From assembly GCA_965203435.1 (NCBI GenBank), contig CBDBCU010000002.1, forward strand, positions 458,526 to 522,525: 64,000 nt of DNA, in the 5' to 3' direction. Origin of the DNA: Dehalococcoidia bacterium. Its GTDB lineage: Bacteria > Chloroflexota > Dehalococcoidia > Lucifugimonadales > UBA3495. Both the position numbers and the translations under genes were made by a program. Shown piece by piece: positions 59,038-64,000 of the stretch (the stretch's first letter is position 1; the number at the start of each line of letters is the position of its first letter). The notes under the pieces are model-generated. The model ran no database searches, had not been told where the DNA came from, and was given only the letters and a program-made list of their open reading frames with translations.

Positions 59038-59997
59038 CTACGGGTTAAGTTTAAGCCACACCGCGCCGGCATCCACGCCAAATCGCCGTAGCAGAGCCTT
59101 GGTACTCTCGGATACTTCGACGTTGCCGCGCCTTTGATTCAGATGAAGGCCGTTAGACAACCGACTCGGATTCCTAAAATCCGTGCCGTTGGTGTGCTGG
59201 CTGGTGGTGTTGACCACGCAAGTCGTTATCCCCCGCAGGACCGGACACTTATCGGCGGTCAACTGATTGGTTCGGATTAACCACTCAGCAGTCTCCCGCA
59301 GGGCCTGCCGCCAGCTTTGAATCGGCTTTTCCCTTTCCCCGGGAAAGAGAATCGCCATCGGTTTCGGACTGTTAAGCCTTTCCGGCGTGTAGAGGGATAC
59401 ATCTACCCAATCATCACCAGCGGGGACAGACGGTTGCGGGTTAACAACCGTTGCCGCCGGCGTCGGAGCAACCGCCACCACCGGCGGAGAAATAATCGGT
59501 TCCACTGCCGCCACTGGCTCTCCCGTTGCCAGGTTAGGCCGCCACAGCAGCAGCAGTTTCAGGGCAAGCTGGTGCGCGGGTTCGCCGGAAAGGGATACGC
59601 TCAACTTCCGGCGTTCACTGCCGGAAAAGTCGGAAACATCGTCAAGAACCCACCGATTGCCATCGGTCAGGCCGGCGTATTTCACCCGCTGCGTCAAAGC
59701 GTAGGTGAAAATCTGTTCCACGTTGCGCGGGGATTCCAGAGTTTCATCCAACCTCTTGGCTTCGATGAAAGCCTGCGGCTTGTCGCCGCCGCCCAGCAAA
59801 GCGTAGTCGGCCCGGCCGTTGCCGACGGTATACTCCGGCGTAACCAAGGCCGGATCGGCCGTGTCCCAGCCCAGGGCCCGCAGCAGCGGGTCAATCAGGG
59901 CGTAGCGGGTCAACGCTTCGCTTTGACTCAAAGCCGGGCGGTGCTGCTCGATCCGCCCTTGCAGCGTCGCAATCACCCCCACCAAATCGTCCAGCAT
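59038..59997 (-). CDS. HsdR_N-like (type I restriction enzyme R N-terminal, PD-(D/E)xK fold) domain protein with an unknown C-terminal domain
   Basis: GGAGG SD. SEALTRYALIDPLLRALGWD...GRADYALLGGGDKPQAFIEAKRL (D...ExK), Pro/Val linker, then an unassigned ~130-aa C-terminal domain. Confidence 0.65.
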   Translation of the reverse strand: MLDDLVGVIATLQGRIEQHRPALSQSEALTRYALIDPLLRALGWDTADPALVTPEYTVGNGRADYALLGGGDKPQAFIEAKRLDETLESPRNVEQIFTYALTQRVKYAGLTDGNRWVLDDVSDFSGSERRKLSVSLSGEPAHQLALKLLLLWRPNLATGEPVAAVEPIISPPVVAVAPTPAATVVNPQPSVPAGDDWVDVSLYTPERLNSPKPMAILFPGEREKPIQSWRQALRETAEWLIRTNQLTADKCPVLRGITTCVVNTTSQHTNGTDFRNPSRLSNGLHLNQRRGNVEVSESTKALLRRFGVDAGAVWLKLNP

Positions 59998-60081
59998 AAT
60001 GCCTCCGTTCCGCCGGTTCGAGCCCGGTTGCGGGCATTGTAGCCGGTAGGATATGATTGGTCAAATCCCGGCCCAACCCGG

Positions 60082-60516
60082 TCAGGCCGCCCGTTCCGCC
60101 GCCGGTTGAGCGCCCACCGCCGCCAGCGCCGCCATTACCCGGTCGATGGGGATGCTGTAGTTCAGGATTAGCAGTTGGCCGGCTTCCTTTTCGCTGACCC
60201 CCAAGCGCCGGGCCAAATCCGCCGTTCCCATACCCTGGGCCCGCAGGGCCGTATAGAGATCCAGCTGGGCGGCAATCAGCGGCTGCACGCCAACCAATTC
60301 CTGCCCCGCCGCCCGGGGGCTGGGCGTGGGCAGTTCCTCCTGACAGTCGATATAGGCGGCCAAGGCAACGACCAAGGCATCCTCGGCCAGGATGATGGCC
60401 TCCTTGAAAGTGTCGCCGCCGGTATGACAGCCGATTACATCGGGAAAGGAAACGATATAGCTCCGCTCGCCCTCGGTTTCATCGAGGACGATGCTGCACG
60501 GAAAGGTGTATTGCAC
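60082..60516 (-). CDS. hicB: HicB-family antitoxin with C-terminal HTH
   Basis: MQYTFPCSIVLDETEGERSYIVSFPDVIGCHTGGDTFKEA...; paralog of 39755..40186. Confidence 0.85.
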   Translation of the reverse strand: MQYTFPCSIVLDETEGERSYIVSFPDVIGCHTGGDTFKEAIILAEDALVVALAAYIDCQEELPTPSPRAAGQELVGVQPLIAAQLDLYTALRAQGMGTADLARRLGVSEKEAGQLLILNYSIPIDRVMAALAAVGAQPAAERAA

Positions 60517-60518
60517 TT

Positions 60519-60725
60519 TCAGAACCTCCTGCGGTCGATGCCCAATTGCCTGAGCATACTCAAAAGCAGCCCCGGCTTAATCTCCCCGTGTTTTACCTGG
60601 GTGCGCCGGCGGCCTAGGAAAAAGGTTCCGTGGCTGCCTTTGCCCCGCTCCGGGGCAAAGGAGCACTCCAACCCGTTGTTCCGGGCGTAGCGGCGGGCCC
60701 GCCGGACAAATTGTTGACCGTTCAT
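60519..60725 (-). CDS. hicA: HicA-family toxin
   Basis: MNGQQFVRRARRYARNNGLECSFAPERGKGSHGTFFLGRRRTQVKHGEIKPGLLLSMLRQLGIDRRRF. Confidence 0.85.
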   Translation of the reverse strand: MNGQQFVRRARRYARNNGLECSFAPERGKGSHGTFFLGRRRTQVKHGEIKPGLLLSMLRQLGIDRRRF

Positions 60726-60776
60726 AGGGCTATTGTAACCTTACCGGATACCGCCGTCAAAGCAACCCGGGCTGTG

Positions 60777-60903
60777 GATTCAAACATGGATTAACAGGAT
60801 AGACAGGATTCTTTTTATCGGCCCAGAGCGGTTATTGACGGTCAGTACCGTTCTATACCGACCAACAAAATCCTGTCTATCCTGCCCATCCATGTTTGAA
60901 TCC
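60777..60903. mobile_element. MITE-3 full copy
   Basis: gattcaaacatggattaacaggatagacaggatt...aatcctgtctatcctgcccatccatgtttgaatcc. The interior contains cagtaccgttc (= GAACGGTACTG, also in REP-1 cores). Confidence 0.85.
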
Positions 60904-60910
60904 GCCCCGG

Positions 60911-62815
60911 CTATTCCTCCAGGGTGGTGATGTCCCCCGGATCCAGTCCCAGCTCCCGGGCTTTCAGCAGGCGGCGCATTATCTTGCCGGAGCGGGTCTT
61001 GGGCAGTAGCGGCGTGAACTCAATTTCCGCCGGCACCGCTATCGGCCCCAAAGCGGTGCGAACCTGATTCCGCAGGGCGTCCACCATCACATCCGACGGA
61101 TCGTTGCCCACCCGCAGGGTTACGAAACCCTTGATGACTTCCCCCCGCAGTTGATCCGGCTTGCCGATAACCGCCGCCTCGGCCACCGCCGGATGGGACA
61201 CCAGGGCGCTCTCCACTTCCGCCGACCCGATGCGGTGGCCGGCCACATTCAGCACATCGTCGGCCCGCCCCACCACCATATAGTAGCCATCGGCATCGCG
61301 CAGGGCCACATCCCCGGAGGAATAGACCCCCGGGATCTGCTGCCAAGTGGCGGCGTAGCGTTCCGGGTCGCCCCAAACGGTGCGGGAAAAGTGGGGAAAG
61401 GGCCGGCGGATGACCAGAAACCCGCCCTTGTCCGGCTCCTCGATCGGCTGTCCCTCCCGGTCGACCACATCCAGCAAGGCCCCGGGCAGCGGCTTGCCGA
61501 CCCGGCCGGGCCGGGAGGCCATCGTAGCCAGCGTCCCCAGGCAAGGGCCGCCGGTTTCCGTCTGCCACCAGTTATCCACAATGTGCGCCCACTCGCCGCT
61601 ACCGCAGATATGTTCGTAAGCCCAGCGCAAAGCCTCCGGATTCAGCGGCTCCCCGGCGCAGGTCAAAAAGCGCAGCGAGCGCAGATTGTAGCCCTGAGCC
61701 GGCTCCGCCCCGTAGCGCATCAGCATCCGCACCGCCGTGGGGGCCGTGAAAATCACATTGACCCCATACTTCTCGATGATTTCGTAAAAGACGGCGCTGT
61801 GGGGATAGTCCGGGGCCCCTTCCCGAAAAATAGTAGTAGCCCCGGCCACCAGCGGCGCATAGACGATATAGCTGTGGCCGACCACCCAGCCAATGTCCGA
61901 CATACACCAGAAAACATCGGCGTCTTTCACATCCCAAAAGGTCTTGAAATGGTAATGAGTGCCGACCATATAGCCGCCGTGGACATGGACAACCCCTTTG
62001 GGCTTGCCGGTAGTGCCGCTGGTGTAGAGGATATAGAGGGGATCCTCCGCGTCCATCACTTCCGCCGGGCATTCGATGGCACTGGCCGCCAGCAGTTGGT
62101 CAAAATCGGTCTGGCCGGGGGACAATTCGGTTTGCTCCGGTTCCCGCCGCCAGAGGATAACGGCGGTCAACGAATCGCAGCCGATAACGGCCTCATCCGC
62201 GATGGATTTCAAGTCCACCCGGCTGCCGCGCCGGTAGCCCACATCCCCGGCAATCAGAACCTTGGCGGCGGCGTCCTGAATGCGATCCCGCAAAGAGCCG
62301 ACGCTGAACCCGGCATAGACCACGCTGTGGATGGCTCCAATCCGGGCGCAGGCCAGCATGGCGATAGCCCCCTCCGGAGTCAACGGCATATAGATGACCA
62401 CCCGGTCGCCTTTGCCCACGCCCAGGGATTTCAGCCCGTTGGCGCAGCGATTGACCTGCTGGGCCAAGCGGCCGTAGGTATAAACCTGTTCCGCGCCATC
62501 CTCGCCCAGCCAGATGAGAGCCGCCTTGTTCCGCCGCTCGGTCGTCAAATGCCGATCCAGGGCGTTGTAGCAGATGTTGGTCTGCCCGCCGAGGAACCAC
62601 CGAAAGTTGGGATAATCCCACTGAAAGACGGCATCCCAGGGGCGGAACCAGTGCAGCCCGGCGGCGGCCTCGGCCCAGAACCCTTCCGGGTCGGCCAGGG
62701 AACGGGCATAAACGGCGTCATAATCTTGCAGGGCGGCCTGCCCGGATACATGGGGCGGCGGCGGAATCTCCCCGGATTCCCGCAGCAGGTTGTCAATCTG
62801 TCCTTGCTGAACCAT
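60911..62815 (-). CDS. acs: acetyl-CoA synthetase (AMP-forming)
   Basis: ORF 60911..63031 trimmed to ATG 62815 (AAAGGAG SD; the longer N-terminus runs through repeats). PEGFWAEAA..., YTSGTTGKPKG, WWQTETGG, LPKTRSGKIMRR. Confidence 0.93.
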   Translation of the reverse strand: MVQQGQIDNLLRESGEIPPPPHVSGQAALQDYDAVYARSLADPEGFWAEAAAGLHWFRPWDAVFQWDYPNFRWFLGGQTNICYNALDRHLTTERRNKAALIWLGEDGAEQVYTYGRLAQQVNRCANGLKSLGVGKGDRVVIYMPLTPEGAIAMLACARIGAIHSVVYAGFSVGSLRDRIQDAAAKVLIAGDVGYRRGSRVDLKSIADEAVIGCDSLTAVILWRREPEQTELSPGQTDFDQLLAASAIECPAEVMDAEDPLYILYTSGTTGKPKGVVHVHGGYMVGTHYHFKTFWDVKDADVFWCMSDIGWVVGHSYIVYAPLVAGATTIFREGAPDYPHSAVFYEIIEKYGVNVIFTAPTAVRMLMRYGAEPAQGYNLRSLRFLTCAGEPLNPEALRWAYEHICGSGEWAHIVDNWWQTETGGPCLGTLATMASRPGRVGKPLPGALLDVVDREGQPIEEPDKGGFLVIRRPFPHFSRTVWGDPERYAATWQQIPGVYSSGDVALRDADGYYMVVGRADDVLNVAGHRIGSAEVESALVSHPAVAEAAVIGKPDQLRGEVIKGFVTLRVGNDPSDVMVDALRNQVRTALGPIAVPAEIEFTPLLPKTRSGKIMRRLLKARELGLDPGDITTLEE

Positions 62816-62918
62816 AGCAGCGCTCCTTTGTAGTTGATTGGCGGATTTGCGGCCGGCGGCTAATCCGCCGGCAATCGGCTGCCGGGAAGTATGTTGGCAA
62901 GCCGCAGCCAATTCCTTT

Positions 62919-62946
62919 CCGCTCATCCTGAACTTGTTGAAGGATG
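62919..62946. repeat. PAL-4 repeat, followed by a MITE-2 fragment (62950..62975)
   Basis: ccgctcatcctgaacttgttgaaggatg, then ccaagcgtagccgagggatctgaaatgcc. Confidence 0.75.
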
Positions 62947-62991
62947 CCCTTCCAAGCGTAGCCGAGGGATCTGAAATGCCGGCCCTAGCTA

Positions 62992-63252
62992 CCGTCCTTC
63001 CCCCCTTACTACCGTCCTTCCCGCCCTCCACCGCAATTCCCGCCCTAGCTACCGTCCTTCCCGCCTCCCACCGTCATGCCGGCTGTCCCTACCGTCATTC
63101 CCGCGTAAGCGGGAATCCGGCGGCGGTTGGACGGCAAAGGGCTGGTCTTTTCAGCACCGTCGGGATTCCCGCTTACGCGGGAATGACGGTGGGGGCCGCC
63201 GGTATTACGGTAGGGGGTGGCCGGTATGACGGTGGGGCAGCCGGTACGACGG
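62992..63252. repeat. REP-1 cluster with one composite element and many degenerate half copies
   Basis: ccgtccttcc x3, ccgtcattcccgcgtaagcgggaatccggcggcggttggacggcaaagggctggtcttttcagcaccgtcgggattcccgcttacgcgggaatgacgg, then ggtattacgg/ggtatgacgg/ggtacgacgg. Confidence 0.85.
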
Positions 63253-63303
63253 TAGGGGTCGCCGTCAATCTACGGCTACCCTCGGAATTACCGGGCCGGT
63301 TGC

Positions 63304-63600
63304 CTAAAGCCTTCCGCCGCCGGCGACCGCAATGACTTCCTGCGCCGCTTCCGGATCCAGCTTAATCCGCCCCTTTTCCGGCGGATACTCGATGACCAGC
63401 ACTTCCTCGACCGCCTCCGGCGGCAAGCCCCGGCGACCATTTTCCCGCGAAAAATCCAGCATCAGGGCAATGGCCTGCGCCAGGTTTTCCCGGGCCGCCG
63501 CTTTAGTCTTGCCCTGCCCGTTGGCCTCGGGAACCTCCAGGCAATAGGCAACATACCAATCCTCGTCCTGTTCCAAAACCACCGTGAACTCGTTGATCAT
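63304..63600 (-). CDS. hicB: HicB-like antitoxin (UPF0150 family) with EYPPEKGRIKL C-terminal extension
   Basis: MINEFTVVLEQDEDWYVAYCLEVPEANGQGKTKAAARENLAQAI... Confidence 0.75.
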   Translation of the reverse strand: MINEFTVVLEQDEDWYVAYCLEVPEANGQGKTKAAARENLAQAIALMLDFSRENGRRGLPPEAVEEVLVIEYPPEKGRIKLDPEAAQEVIAVAGGGRL

Positions 63601-63669
63601 CCGACCAGACCTCCTTGATGGCTATGCGCCTTTCTAACCCGGCCAGCAAAGACCGCCGGCCGCCGGGAA

Positions 63670-63861
63670 TCAGCGGCCAATCTCCGGCACGGAAAGGGTG
63701 CGGCAGATTTTGCGCGCAATCCCTTCCTTAATTTCCGAATGGCGCGGCACGCCGTCTTTGTCGCCCGTTTCCGGGTTAATCCCGAGGGAATGGTTGCCGC
63801 CCTCCCGCAGCCGGTAGCAGCCATGCCGCCGCAAGTGGCGCACCAGCGTGTTCAGATGCAT
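63670..63861 (-). CDS. hicA: HicA-family toxin (YcfA-like)
   Basis: MHLNTLVRHLRRHGCYRLREGGNHSLGINPETGDKDGVPRHSEIKEGIARKICRTLSV. Confidence 0.8.
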   Translation of the reverse strand: MHLNTLVRHLRRHGCYRLREGGNHSLGINPETGDKDGVPRHSEIKEGIARKICRTLSVPEIGR

Positions 63862-64000
63862 TCGACCACTACCACCTCCGGCGCCGCCTCCGGAGCCAGC
63901 TTAATCCGCCCCTTTTCCGGCGGATACTCCAGGGCCAGCACTTCCTCGACCGCCTCCGAAGTCAAATATGGGGCCAAATCCCGCCGGCTTTTCTCCTGCC
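63852..64000 (-). CDS. partial gene (5' end beyond the right window edge) whose C-terminus is paralogous to 63304..63600; probable second HicB-like antitoxin
   Basis: Manual translation: ...QEKSRRDLAPYLTSEAVEEVLALEYPPEKGRIKLAPEAAPEVVVVECI-TGA. The stop 63854..63852 overlaps the hicA ATG at 63861. Confidence 0.55.
   Translation of the reverse strand, partial: QEKSRRDLAPYLTSEAVEEVLALEYPPEKGRIKLAPEAAPEVVVVECI

Overview
This is a visibly GC-rich bacterial chromosomal segment, densely coding on both strands. Housekeeping blocks: a caa3-type cytochrome c oxidase operon (ctaC-D-E plus a subunit IV-cytochrome c fusion), pdxS-pdxT, tmk, rsmI, acs, msrB, a tRNA-Ala/Arg/Trp cluster, a GH15 hydrolase, an S9 peptidase, two MFS transporters, a crotonase, an MDR dehydrogenase and a ThDP enzyme. 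These are interleaved with accessory material. (1) Five paralogous polytopic GT-C/PMT_2-like membrane proteins sit in two tandem pairs (<1-4438 and 30761-37071) plus one at 47446-49464. They carry 1-5 copies of an unassigned ~110-aa two-Cys C-terminal module. Four share an identical TGCTATAAT-N7-ATG leaderless-type start, and one is split by a G16 homopolymer (phase-variation candidate). (2) An unannotated SelW/Rdx-like selenoprotein (CVPU motif, in-frame TGA) lies at 27135-27425. (3) There are five type II toxin-antitoxin loci (four hicAB-type, one higBA); one hicA carries an in-frame 60-nt palindromic-element insertion. (4) A possible conflict island at 57.3-60.7 kb holds an FRG-TPR protein, a duplicated promoter + SD + small basic ORF cassette, an HsdR_N-like PD-(D/E)xK protein and hicAB. 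(5) Four families of short interspersed palindromic/MITE-like repeats fill almost every intergenic gap, including arrays that mimic CRISPR. I saw no transposase, cas gene or rRNA. Many long ORFs in the supplied track are antisense or out-of-frame artefacts of high GC and were not called.
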